Shown here: one piece after another, positions 1 to 11,051 of the stretch | Position numbering within the stretch: the stretch's first letter is position 1 | How the letters are laid out: every line of letters begins with the position of its first letter | Assembly: GCA_040285855.1 (NCBI GenBank) | Contig: JAUFOQ010000006.1 | Coordinates: 1,116,001 to 1,180,000 of the forward strand | From: Eukaryota sp. GEM-RC1 | Taxonomy: Eukaryota | Direction of reading: 5' to 3' | DNA: 64,000 bases | Program-made: the position numbers and the translations under genes | Notes under the pieces: generated by a model | What the model was told of the DNA's origin: nothing | Database searches by the model: none | Seen by the model: the letters and a program-made list of their open reading frames with translations, nothing else

Positions 1-114
1 GGTGCGATGGCTGGTGCCATGAATGAAGCTGTGAACAGTATGGACCCTAACAATCCTCATCGAAATCCTCATCAACAGAACCAGAATCCTGGATTCTGGG
101 GTAACAATTGGTGA
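1..114 (+). CDS. 3' end of a gene running in from outside the window (N/P/Q-rich low-complexity tail)
   Basis: Frame 1 is open from base 1: GAMAGAMNEAVNSMDPNNPHRNPHQQNQNPGFWGNNW, then TGA at 112-114, followed by AT-rich sequence. Confidence 0.5.
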   Translation, partial: GAMAGAMNEAVNSMDPNNPHRNPHQQNQNPGFWGNNW

Positions 115-175
115 GTTGTTTCACTTTCCTGTAATTTGAAGAAATAAAATTTTGTGGATAATTTTGATGATTTGC

Positions 176-792
176 CGGTTCGGGTTTAGGTTTCAAACCA
201 AACCTTTTTTTACTAAACCTAGCTGAACCTAAACCTTTTTTAATAAAACCAAACCAAACCTAAACCTTTAGCTTCAGAACTGTAGGAAAATGAAACACAT
301 TTAATTTCAATAACCCTCTGACTCTTACATTATATATGAACGATCTTAACGCTTCTATTGACGAGAACTCTTCTGAAATTGAAGTGATGAGTGTAGACAC
401 AACACAGTTACAGAATTTAGAGCTTCTCTGTCCGATGAAAGTATCCAAGCACTTGTCAGTCTTAAGGATTGGAGACGATTTTTTGAAAAAGATAACTAGC
501 ACTACCAGTAGTTGTTTGTGATACTCGAGCATTAATAATACAGCTTATCTAGTACTACCGTAAGAACAACTTTATTTTGACGGTGTTCCACTAAACTACA
601 GTGTATTTTCAATTCATAATACAGATCGGGTTTTCTAGGTTTGAACCTAAACCTTTTTTTACAAAACCTAGCTGAACCTAAACCTAAAACTTAAAAACCT
701 AGCTGAACCTAAACCCATTTTTGGAAAACCAAACCAAACCTAAACCAGGTTTGGGGTTTGAAACTTTTGAAACCCGAACCTGCACAGTCCTA
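176..792. mobile_element. Non-autonomous hAT-like MITE, copy 1 (left TIR truncated)
   Basis: Right end AAACCCGAACCTGCACAGTCCTA is the reverse complement of TAGGACTGTGCAGGTTCGGGTTT, the start of copy 2 at 15625. Dense subterminal AAACC/TAAACC repeats. Internal sequence is shared with 15800-16110. Confidence 0.75.
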
Positions 793-2055
793 ATGATTTG
801 GTCTTTATTGTGGAGATCAATTTAGTTTTACACTGACGAACAAAATTTCATCATACTAACAACACTATCTTTTTCGAAACAAATGAGGTTTATGATCTAG
901 ATCAATACAGAGAAATTTGGATTCGACTTTATTGGGCACACTTTTTGTGTACTCAAAAGGTAACCGGAAATCTTGTTTTCATGATCCTAACAAGAAATTA
1001 CATGTCCATATATTTTGTCTGTGATAGTTGCTTAACAGAAATTTCCGAATTACTCATCAAAATACTTTGATAGTGTGGATTTCAATGGATTTAAAGGAGA
1101 GTTGTGGCATTAATTAATCTTATTTCGCAAGTAGATCCTTTACTGGTAAATGATCATCAGTGGAACTACGATGAGATTTCGTTGTTATTTATGGCCGCAC
1201 AATTTGTCAAATGATCTTCAATGAAGCTGTGTAAAACAATTGACGTTTTTCATTTGTTAAGTTGTAACCGATACATAACATATTTTAAAAGATCAAATAT
1301 TGTACATACTATGTGTAGTTCCTACAAAATTAAATCTTTTGCTGATCGACTTCTAAATTCTTACAATTAATAATTCTACTTTAAGGTGGAAACCATGTGC
1401 TTTAAGCATGGAATAACTAGAATCTCGTACACCATCATGAATTACTGAACGTGAATGAATAATTACTCATCAATTGACAGTCACTAACCAAAGTATCTAA
1501 AATACAGATTTGTGCAATCGACTCAAAGAGTGCATTCATGAACTACGGTATCAAAGTAGGTTCGGTTAAACTAAAAGCCTTCTTATAAGTACCGTTGAAA
1601 TAGACCAGCTTACGACTGCTGATAAGATGTATGCACACAAATTGCAGCTATAAATCCACGACGACACAATAATATTGTCTTACCGGAACAGTACCCTTAG
1701 TATATTTACTATTACTCTTTACATGCTTCAAGAGAACAATACAGTCTTGTACGGTATCTTTATATGGAAATTTTGGTTCTTCAACTAAGGAGTTTCTAGA
1801 CTTGTTTGATCAAATTTGTTGCCGATTCATCAAATTTTGAATACAAACTTTGAGTGAGTCTAGCAACATTTTTAAATATATAATAGTGATAAACTGTGTT
1901 CAGACTTTAGTGAAGTTCGAACACGGCCCGTTAGAAGAGTATATTTGTTTTTTCACTCTTTATGACAATGTATAGATGTGCTGATTCCATTTTGGCCCAG
2001 TTCTTTTCGTAATTGGGTAGCTCCGTAAGATAGAATGTTGTAATAATCTTTATTT

Positions 2056-2510
2056 AAAAAACGGGGTTTATGATCATGATTGTCTTCATGATGTTATAAT
2101 AATGTGTATTTATGTTTAGTAACACTTTGTCTGTTTGTTTCAGTATTTTTAAGACTACTGTCAGGCAGTGTCAGCTAACTTTATGAGTAATAAATTGAAA
2201 GTGTGATAACAAACAGTGTATCCTTCTATAAACGATTCAGAAGTCGATTTCGAGTCGAGTTCACTGAAATAAGATCCTTCTGTTCTTCACCAAACAACGT
2301 ACCTGTAATAGAGTTAAAACATTTGTGAATGGAACGAGTCGGTGTAAAGATAAACCAACAATTTTCATTGAAAATTGTTCCATAGTAGAAACAAGTTACC
2401 AAAAGAAGTTAAGAAACCTTGTGCATTTTGTGTAAAAGTACCAAATAAAGACATCTCAAACAGTTGCAACACAAAAGAAATATATCTGTCAACATTCAAT
2501 TGGTTAATTA
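2056..2510 (-). mobile_element. Degenerate 3' fragment(s) of REL/CRE-type non-LTR retroelement
   Basis: Terminal motif A6-CGGGGTTTATGATCA at 2056-2076. Bases ~2270-2510 resemble 28117-28365 (reverse strand encodes AQGFLTSF). Confidence 0.6.
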
Positions 2511-2850
2511 AATGACTAATTTGTATTCTTTCATCTTTCAGCTTCTCCGAGAACAGAAAAGTCTTAATTCAAAATTTTGAATTACAATGTTTCTTTCTGT
2601 AAAAAAGATAGAGCTGACAATCAGTTGCTTGATTCATTTAAGAGAAAGTCAATGTCTTGAGTTGAGCCGTTTTACAGATTATATTTTTTGAAAAAATTCA
2701 AATTTTGCAAAATGAACTGGGCTCAGGTATTAAGTTACGTCATCTCGCATGAGTGTGACTAATTTTTTTAGAAGAATTGATGGGGAAAACTCTTCAACAG
2801 CTACTAGTAATGTACATTGTGTTAGCCGAATAAAAATTAAAAAAAAAACA

Positions 2851-2967
2851 AAAAAACGGGGTTTATGATCAGTCAGTGAAATAAATGCATTTGCAGAAGT
2901 TAATAACTAACAGACACTAACTAAAGTATCTAAACTATGATCCTTCTGTCCATCACCGAACAACTTA
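2851..2967 (-). mobile_element. 5'-truncated 3' end of REL/CRE-type retroelement (family A)
   Basis: Near-identical to 28029-28146, including the terminal motif; sits in an A-run. Confidence 0.8.
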
Positions 2968-3304
2968 AAATAGTTAGAAAAGTGAATTGTGGCAAAGTTG
3001 AGTTAGCCTCAATGATGTTAAAAAAATTACAATCCCGTGGTTTGTCAATGAATCTTAATAAATTAGCAGTGATACACTTCCGTGGTCCAAAAAGACTTCT
3101 TTCAATTTTATTTTATCAATAGTATTAAGAAAGGATGTTTAAGGGTGTTCCATTCAAATCCTTTTTGTTGACAGTAGTAAATTACATGAATGACACGGAG
3201 AATGAAGAATTACAAGTACAAACTTCTTTGTTACTTGCAGTAGAAGTATCCACGATATCTAAGAATAGAAATCAGAACTGATAAAGTTCTAAATCAGAAA
3301 GAGG

Positions 3305-5171
3305 TTAAGTGTCAACGGTATTTCGGACACTACTAGAACCATCACGGAATCTGCAATTGTTCTTGAATTTACAAAACGGACTTTTACAAAAGTATGGAAA
3401 AATATGAAAATTCCCACCACTAGGAAGATGTTGCACAGTGAGAGTGAGATCTGAATTGATATTGAAAACATCCCAGAAATTAATTGAAAGAGGCTCGAAA
3501 ACCTTTGGAACGGCAAACTTGCATGTACATCTGTGCATACGGCTGCCTGAGGGACATGCTTTAAACGACGAAGATTTCACAGAACCTCCTGAACAATGAT
3601 AGACCGCCTTAGATCTTTCAAAGGAACCAGGATCGTCTTTTAAACGAGGATCTGCATAACTCCCACGATAACAACTAAAACATTGAAAACCATTAAAAAT
3701 AGGATATAAAACAAGTACGGAAGAATCTAAAAGCCGAATAACAATGAAGAGCTTGCTCAAATCAGCGCTTGAACAAGAGTCATAACATTGTTGCATATCA
3801 AAAGGCTCGCTAGCTCTAAAAAGACAAGTTAATGGAAGACTTTGGTCATAAGCACAATGCTTATGCTGACTCAATCTGTTGAAAAGAAACTGTTTCTGCC
3901 ATTCAAAATAAGAAGGAGCGATGAAGACGTCTTTACTTCGGGTTAAAGAAGAGAGTAGGTGACTGACACGTTGATCACGTGATTTCTGAGGGATTTCTTC
4001 TAATGCATCAGATTTCATGATTAAATTCCAAATATCATCAATTGCAAAATGTTCTAATTTAAAATCGGTCCATTCAATCGCTTCCCACTGATCTAAAGAG
4101 AAGACTGGAAGAGATTCAATATCTTCTATTGAAATAAGATTCGTATAGTATTTGTAAAAAGACAGGAACATTACAACAGCGTACAAGACACGACAATTCT
4201 TGAAGTTATCTGGGTTAAAGTCCTTAAAAGTCTGGGAAATACCGTGCAAATTAGATAATCTGGTCCAAATCCTGTCCAAGTATTCTGAATTGGTTTTAAA
4301 TACTTTTGCACAAAATCTTCCTCTTGTTCAGTAGAGAAAGTGTGGCTCAAACAAAGAAAAAAAGAAGACGGGCCAGTCCGCACCACAATTGCTGTTACAA
4401 TCTTTAATAGTCTCAATCAAACTCAAAGGTATATCGACGACTGTTCTAGAGTGGTAACAAGACTCAAATATGAACTTGGCTTCACTAAAAGCGTCCCAAA
4501 GACGAGGAAGTTGATCCAACAAAGAGGAAAAAGAAAAGTCCAACATTTAAAAGTTGTTTACAACATGAATTGACAAATTGCATATTGTTACGTTGAAATT
4601 CAATTTTTAAAAGAAAGAAAGAAACTTCATTTAAAAATTTGGAGCAATAGTGTTCATTTTTTAAATGAGAAGACACTGTGGAAGAAAAGGAAAACAGTGC
4701 CTGAAAATGGTTCATTTGAAAGTGTGTATCGATATCCGCTACAGTTTGTTCCCAATAATTTACATCATCAAACTCAAATAAGGAAGCTAGGTAATAGACA
4801 AAAACGGCAAAAACCTTTGGGTGATTGCTGTGACCTAAAAACTGTCTCAAGCAAGGAGTTAAAACCGTGAAAGGAACCGTAACATGACGTGATGATGACG
4901 TAGATCTAAATAAGTCGTTGAAAACAAAAGGGAAATAAACTCGAGAACAACATGAGAATGACTCCAAATGAAAAGATCCAGAAGGATATTCACATTAAGC
5001 CATGGTATTTTGTTCCGACCAGGATAAACACACATACCCTGTGAAATACAAGACAGCAAAAACTCCTTAGAAAATCTACTGTCATTAGAGTTCTTTTTGG
5101 AGACAGCAAGTGAAGCAATTAACCAAACAGAAATAGAAGGGAAGAAGTTCCATTTCAGAGAATCAAAGAAT
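3305..5171 (-). pseudogene. 3' part of an unknown Cys-rich gene interrupted by the LTR element
   Basis: Chain of minus-strand ORFs (4859-5059, 4485-4967, 4328-4546, 4171-4416, 3305-4279) linked by frameshifts. Joins in frame to the 8069-8299 ORF once the LTR element and one TSD copy are removed. Cys clusters near the C-terminus. Confidence 0.65.
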
Positions 5172-5286
5172 TGATGCCTTAAGTCTAAATAAAGAGGACG
5201 GTACCTGGTTTATGTAGTCAAAATAAGCGTGAAAAGTAAAGGTAAAACTACAGCTAAAGAGTACGTGTTAACACGTGGCATTAACA
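5172..5286 (-). repeat. 3' LTR (115 bp)
   Basis: Identical by eye to 7960-8074. On the minus strand it is preceded by the PPT AAAGAGAGAAAAGGC (about 5289-5303). Confidence 0.95.
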
Positions 5287-5353
5287 TTGCCTTTTCTCTC
5301 TTTGGATCTCTCATGATTCAACAAAGGAGCAAGTGTTAACACTACAAGCATAA

Positions 5354-6510
5354 TTATTTCTTCTTGTAGTTACGGCGGGAGCGTCGAGTGGGAGTCATTG
5401 ATTTCTGAGCGGTAATAAAGCTCTTGTAAGCCTTGTTTTTCTTAATTTCAGATAGAGGCTCGGTGGTAGTGGTACCATCAATCCAGGTAACAGAGGCAGT
5501 TCCGTTAGTAACGTCTATAGAATTAATTTCTTTAATAAAAGCTTCTTCACAGTCTAGGGCAGCAACAGACTCAAGGTACTGAGGATTGTCAGAGGAAGAG
5601 ACGAATTCTTTGCATAAATGAGAAGATGAATAACCAGTAGATTTGGTAACAAGATTTAAAAGATTGATACGGGATGAATTAGTGTGACTTTCGATGACCC
5701 TGAATGGACCTAGCCATTTACCATGGAGACGTCCAGGGCTTTCGTTATAACGGAGGACTAGAGATCCTTCAGGAAAGTAGGTGACAGTAGGAATGCCATC
5801 GGAGTTTCTTTCTCCAATAGAGAAGTCTTGGTTGCTTTCTGCTTCTTCCCACTTCTTTTCAGAAGAGCAGTTTTCTCAGTAAGATCAGCACAAAAGTCTG
5901 TGGAAAGTTCGATTGGGCAGGAAGAAAGTACATCAAGAGCATGAGAAGGTGGTCTTCTTGGATCAACGGAGGTTCCAAAGATTAGTTCGAACGGGGAGAA
6001 CTTGGTCACAGAGTGGGGTTTACTGTTGATTATCAGCTGGACCATGGGGAGGTGGGCAGACCAATTTTGGAAATCATTGGAGTCGTGGAGAATTTTCTTT
6101 AAGGTTTGGTTGATGTGTCTGTTCCGTCGTTCAACCATACCATTGCTTTGGTGATGGTGAGGAATGGACATTGAGTGAGAGATGTTCAGGAGGCTGAGAA
6201 GTTCTCTAAATGTAGCATTAGCGAATTCGGATCCGTTGTCAGAATGGATCTGAAGTGGGATGCCATAGTGTCCTACAACGGAGTGTAGTAATGCGTAAGC
6301 GGCTTCGTTGGCGTTGTTGGCGGGAGCAGCTTTGATGATTGTTAGTCTAGAGAGGGAGTCTAAAAAAACGTAAATAAATTTGTTACCGGCATTGTAGAAA
6401 TTGTAGATGGGAGGATTTGAAGGTTGGTCTTTTTAACTAGGTTGAGGGAGATGCAGCTATTTTCGCAAGCACTGTCCCAGGTGCCAAGGAGTGAAGTTCC
6501 ATTGATGTCA
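5354..6510 (-). pseudogene. pol remnant: partial protease fused to integrase core with chromodomain-like tail
   Basis: Minus-strand translation shows LGTWDSAC (protease-like), then GNKFIYVFLDSLSR, IHSDNGSEF, SNGMVERRN, TKFSPFELIFG, KWLGPFRV (GPY/F module) and SVTWIDGTTTTEPLSEI (chromo-like). Frameshift near 5800-5850. Confidence 0.85.
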
Positions 6511-6520
6511 ATTGACATTT

Positions 6521-7928
6521 TTAAGAAATTTTTGAAGTTTTGGCTTCTGGTTCTTTAGAAAGAGCAAAGGTGTCAGAAGGATAGGAATTAGAATAAAATT
6601 TGGGAAGTTCAAGATCGAACTCAAGAGGTTCGTCTTCAGCAGGAGTGGAGGAGTTGAAGTTTACTTGTGAATTTTGAGTTTTGTTCTTCTTTCGAGAGAA
6701 TTTCTCTCTGGAACCAGTATCAGTAGAATCGTTGTAATTAGTCTTAGAAGAGTAAGATCTAGTTATCCTTCGAGAGTTATCGAAGGTAGCCTTTGGGTTT
6801 TTTGGATTGGTATAGGAAGTGGAAGGTCTAGAGGGAGAGTTAGAAGGGTTATGAGCAGGCTTGTTGACAGAGCTGCGCTTGCAGTCTGGGTCACGGCAAA
6901 ATTCAATAGTATGACCCGTTTTCTTGCAGAAGTTACAATAGAGGCTGTTCTTTGCGTCTGAAGAAATCCCTTTCTTGGAAGGGAAATTAGAGGAGTGTCC
7001 GGAGGGGTTGGGGTTCCTGTAGTTACTTCTAGGAGGAAAAGAGGATCTAGCAGAGTCTCGATGAAGGCGAGACGAGATTGGGGTTTCAGACTCTGATAAA
7101 ACTGAGTTTTGATGAAGAAGATAGAGGGTTCTGCTAATAAGGATGTCGAGAGAGTTGAAAGCTGAGAGGCGGTGCTCATCGAAGAGGGAGTTTCTTAGAG
7201 AAGAAGGTTTCAAACCTTTGAGAAAGGATTCTACAATGATCTTAGGGCGATCAAGAGAGACGTAGTTGATAGTACGGGAGACTACGGAGCGAAGCTGTTC
7301 CAGGTAGGAGTTGAGGGCTTCAGTGTTGGTGCCTTTCATGTTGAGGGAAGAGATAAGACTTCTTGCTTCAGAGGCATTCTGAGCACGGGTTGTGGCAAGG
7401 AGGAAGTCCCACAAGTCTTCTTGGGATGAGAGTGCGGAGGGAGAAATGAGTCGAATGAGAGAGAGTACTTTCGGAAGAATGAAAGTATGAAAGTTGTCTG
7501 GTGGCGAAGGGTCGCCAAAGAAGGAGGGAGCTAATAGGTCAACAGACAAGTCGTCCAAGGAGTTGGCGAGGGAGCTTGATAAGGAGCTAGCTTCGACTTC
7601 TTGGAGGGTTGTTCTCTTAATAGCGGACCACATGGGGGCAAATGTGTCCTTATGAAAACCTTCAATTTCGTATTTTTCAGCGGCGTTGGCGATGAGTTTT
7701 TCAGCAGTGAGGATAGCTGCTCTGTTGGAGGATGCGGAAGAACTAGGCGCGGCAGTCTTCTTCTTCGGCAAGGCAACAGGGGGAGGAGGAGTTGTTCTGT
7801 GAATATTGAACAACATCTTGAACAAAGCGGGCGACAGAACCTGGGGTGAGTGAGGTGAGTCGAGGAGCGACAAAGCGAATCTTCTCTTGGAGAAACGCTG
7901 GGTTAGAGGAAGAGGAGGGAAGTGACAT
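6521..7928 (-). CDS. gag: Gag polyprotein of the LTR element (frameshift near 7780)
   Basis: ATG at 7928 opens MSLPSSSSNPAF..., continuing into the 450-aa ORF with the CCHC knuckle CNFCKKTGHTIEFC. Confidence 0.85.
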
Positions 7929-7959
7929 ACGAGTTACTTAAGTATGGCACAATACGTAT

Positions 7960-8074
7960 TGATGCCTTAAGTCTAAATAAAGAGGACGGTACCTGGTTTA
8001 TGTAGTCAAAATAAGCGTGAAAAGTAAAGGTAAAACTACAGCTAAAGAGTACGTGTTAACACGTGGCATTAACA
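7960..8074 (-). repeat. 5' LTR (115 bp)
   Basis: Identical to 5172-5286; upstream of gag on the minus strand. Confidence 0.95.
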
Positions 8075-8512
8075 GAATTCAAAAGAAAACTCTTGTGGAG
8101 ACGGAAGGTTAAGATACTTGCGTTCAATCAAAGCAGGAGATTTCAAATAGTCTACAATTTTAAAAAAACAAGATGGACGAGACTCATGTTCAGCATCAGG
8201 ATGAATATAATTCCAAAAATCAGTCACATTGTCATCAGACAGCTTTAAACTGGACATATCAAAACAAGCTTCATAATCATCGTCTTCATCAAACAACACA
8301 CTGGCTTTGATCTTGAACTCCGTTTTTCAAGTTGGTGTCCAGCACCATTGATAGGAGATATAGGGCTTCATTTCTAGAACCATTCCCAATCTGTTCCTCC
8401 AGATTTTGAAGTGAAACTGAAGAAATCGGTGAACTTGATTGTAACATTATGATCCACACGCAGTCTTACAATATTCCCGATTTGGTTCATTCTCAAGGCC
8501 ATGTGGGGTCAT
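8075..8512 (-). pseudogene. 5' part of the gene interrupted by the LTR element
   Basis: ORF 8069-8299 (...LPSPQEFSFEF) continues in frame as FDSLKWNFFPSISVWLI... from 5167 downward. The upstream limit is approximate. Confidence 0.6.
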
Positions 8513-8530
8513 GTGACAAACTGCAACATG

Positions 8531-8610
8531 GGCATTGTGGCCGAGTGGTCTAAGGCGCTGTCTTAAGGCGGCAGTGGGAAACCGCGTGGGTTCGAATCCC
8601 ATCAATGTCA
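8531..8610 (+). tRNA. tRNA-Leu(AAG)
   Basis: Acceptor stem GGCATTG/CAATGTC plus discriminator A; D-arm GCCGAGTGGTCTAAGGC; anticodon stem CTGTC/GGCAG around loop TTAAGGC; long variable arm; T-loop GGTTCGAATCC; no encoded CCA. Confidence 0.95.
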
Positions 8611-8612
8611 AC

Positions 8613-8617
8613 TTTTT
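8613..8617 (+). terminator. RNA polymerase III T-run terminator
   Basis: T5 run 2 nt after the tRNA 3' end. Confidence 0.7.
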
Positions 8618-8674
8618 GTTACCAGTAGCTGAAATAATGATAATAGCATTAAGTGACGAACAAGTTACCCCATA

Positions 8675-9530
8675 CAGTCTACCCTCCCATTAGTGCAAGC
8701 TTTTGGGCAGACCTTAATGGGAGTTTTACCTTAATGGGAGGTTTTGATTGTACAGACATGAACAGCAGACGACAGCTTTTTATGATAAATAAACCAACAA
8801 ACTATGACTATTGTGCACCATTTGGTGATGAATTGAAGATGGCACGGATCTCCCACCACGGGTAATCGTCGTCCAAATTTAAGTGGTGGGTTTGAGGAAA
8901 AATATTGCTGAACACTCAATCATCAGCAAATAGCAATAATCTCTCAGATCTCTGGTAAATGGATGGATGAGAGAAAGAGAGAACTAGTGCTAACGGAGAT
9001 GGCGATATAAGAGCGAGAAAGGTCAAGGACGGACCTGAAAGCACCAATATAGGAAAGGAGAAAGGCTACAACTTCAAATCCAGCAGTTACAGGAATCAGC
9101 AGGGGAGATGTTCATAAGAAGGTCTTCCATTTCAAGACCATCAACAAGGGACAACTTTAGAACACTGTCAAGTAGCTCCTCTTCTTCTTCATGGATCAGT
9201 ACGTCCTCTTCTTCGTCGAGGAATTCGTCATGATCAAAGACCAGAGAACTGATGGGATGAAGTCCTATGGATCTGGTATTCACAACAAATCACCGAAGTA
9301 CGGATCCAGAGGCTTGTAACTGTTTAACTGGTTGAAAGTGTCATGAAAAGAAGGTATGTAATGATGTGATACGAAAAATCGAAGAGCGAAAAAGTTTATG
9401 TTAAGAACTGGAGTGCAATGGCAAGGGCACGGGAATCAAAAAGGACACGACAAAAAGTGGGCAGTGAAAATTTTACCTTAATGGGAGGGAAACCTTAATG
9501 GGAGGGTGACCTTAATGGGAGGGTAGACTG
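8675..9530. mobile_element. Non-autonomous pogo/Tc1-mariner-type element
   Basis: TIR CAGTCTACCCTCCCATTA / TAATGGGAGGGTAGACTG, TA on both sides, subterminal CCTTAATGGGAG repeats, no transposase ORF. Confidence 0.85.
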
Positions 9531-9981
9531 TATTTGTATTTATAATCTATAACTTAGTTTCTCGTGAAAACTCGAATAATGTCAAAGTAACTCCTTTGTT
9601 GATTACAAGTTTTTAGCATGTAATGATACCTTTCATTTACAGGAGGGTCTTGGTAGACCAGTTTATTTGCGATTATTATTGCTTTAATAATGATTTTACT
9701 AATCATTTACTACAGAACATCTGTAATGAATTGATAAAGGACCCATCTTAAATATTTATTACTAAGAAGTCTACTTTGAGTACAGTACTAGAAATATCAT
9801 AAATCCACGTGCACTTAGATCGAATGCTAACAAACAAATTTGTTCACTGATGGGATCATATGTGACAATTAAACAAAAATTCTTGATGAACAGTGAGTAG
9901 AATCACACAAATTAAGTACAAGATACTACATGTAGTGTCAGACAAATAACCCTGACGAAGAAGTCATTACTCACAACACTT

Positions 9982-10421
9982 TTACAAGAACTTCTGATGT
10001 CGAATGTTACGATGCACAACCTCCATTCTTTTAACATGTTGTTCCCCTAATTCAACGACGGGAGGAGGTACTGACAGGTCACTGCCAGGGACTCGGATGT
10101 CATAAAACCGGTGGAGAAACGTAGCAATGTCTGTGGAAGCAACTGTATCCGAGTTTCGGTGTTTTGCTAACTCACATGCCCCTTGAGCCACATCTTCAAC
10201 AAAATGTACAGCAAACTGTTGAATACTGTTCTCTACGTCGGGATCAAGTCTGACGTCAGGATCAAGTTTTTCAGAATTGCAGAGATTTTCGCTGGATCCA
10301 CAATTGGAACGGGAGCTTGAGTTTGAGATCTCGTGCTGTCTATAACTCTAACTGGTTGAGTTTGAGGATGTGAAAGTCGAGGATGTGCTGCATGAACGAA
10401 TGGTTGCTGTTGAGGAAACAT
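9982..10421 (-). CDS. TAF12: TFIID subunit TAF12 (histone fold); 1-nt frameshift at an A-run near 10268
   Basis: Joined translation ...ILK-LDPDVRLDPDVENSIQQFAVHFVEDVAQGACELAKHRNSDTVASTDIATFLHRFYDIRVPG matches the TAF12 consensus (LDPxVE...AC.LAKHR.S....PG). Confidence 0.9.
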
Positions 10422-10465
10422 TTGTTCAGACTTTTCTACAGTTCCTTTCCGAGCTCCAGCAGTTA

Positions 10466-10990
10466 ATGTTACATCAATTTGCTTTAGTCTGTTTGTTTGT
10501 CACAGTGTTTGGGAAATCCCTCCATCTTTCTCCATTATCTAGTTCCACTGTTTTCCGAGTTCCAGTCCAGATGCCACTGGTATTCACTCTTGTCGATCTT
10601 GACACCATCTCATATGAGATCAAAGTATCTGTACCTGATTCAAGACCTGAAATAATATGCCTTCATCTTTTCGATGCTGACAACACAACTCACTCTGTCC
10701 AATTCCCTCACACATCTCCCGTCCACATCGATAATTCCACTGGAGTGCTTCTCTTCAACAATTTTTCAATTTCTTCCATCATCAAACTCTCCCACTGCGC
10801 TTCCAAACCTTCTTTCACCACACCTTCGTCAGAACCCATCCTAGACATCCACATACTTCCCCTCTTTAATGATCTTCCGGTTGTCTCCATTACCTCTGCT
10901 GTTGTTGGCGGTCTCTTTGCTCTCATGGTAACTCCAATTGTTCTGCTTGTTTTCCATTCATTTAAATACAACGACATTAAACTTGATTAA
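10466..10990 (+). CDS. Hypothetical single-pass membrane protein
   Basis: ATG at 10466; hydrophobic N-terminal signal-like segment and a C-terminal TM helix (AVVGGLFALMVTPIVLLVF). Confidence 0.6.
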   Translation: MLHQFALVCLFVTVFGKSLHLSPLSSSTVFRVPVQMPLVFTLVDLDTISYEIKVSVPDSRPEIICLHLFDADNTTHSVQFPHTSPVHIDNSTGVLLFNNFSISSIIKLSHCASKPSFTTPSSEPILDIHILPLFNDLPVVSITSAVVGGLFALMVTPIVLLVFHSFKYNDIKLD

Positions 10991-11051
10991 TTAGCCTGTC
11001 ATCTGCGAACTTTTTCCCCTACCAACCTTCTATACCTCCCACTTTTATCTC

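Larger units (their letters stand above)
5172..8074 (-). mobile_element. Ty3/gypsy (chromovirus-like) LTR retrotransposon, internally deleted (no RT or RNase H)
   Basis: Two identical 115-bp LTRs (TG...CA), GAAT TSD at 5168-5171 and 8075-8078, Gag zinc knuckle, partial aspartic protease, integrase core, and a polypurine tract next to the 3' LTR. Confidence 0.95.

Noticed and set aside
176..780. Telomere-like (TAAACC)n repeats
   Set aside because: Irregular, interstitial, and bounded by a TIR shared with 15625; better explained as hAT subterminal repeats.
6521..6545. Programmed -1 gag-pol frameshift site
   Set aside because: Pol is in the -1 frame, but there is no canonical X XXY YYZ heptamer in the gag frame, and homopolymer errors are common in this assembly, so it cannot be called.
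10255..10280. Tiny spliceosomal introns as the cause of split genes
   Set aside because: Frames are restored by a single base in a homopolymer with no missing or extra conserved residues, and I saw no consistent GT..AG pairs at the breaks.
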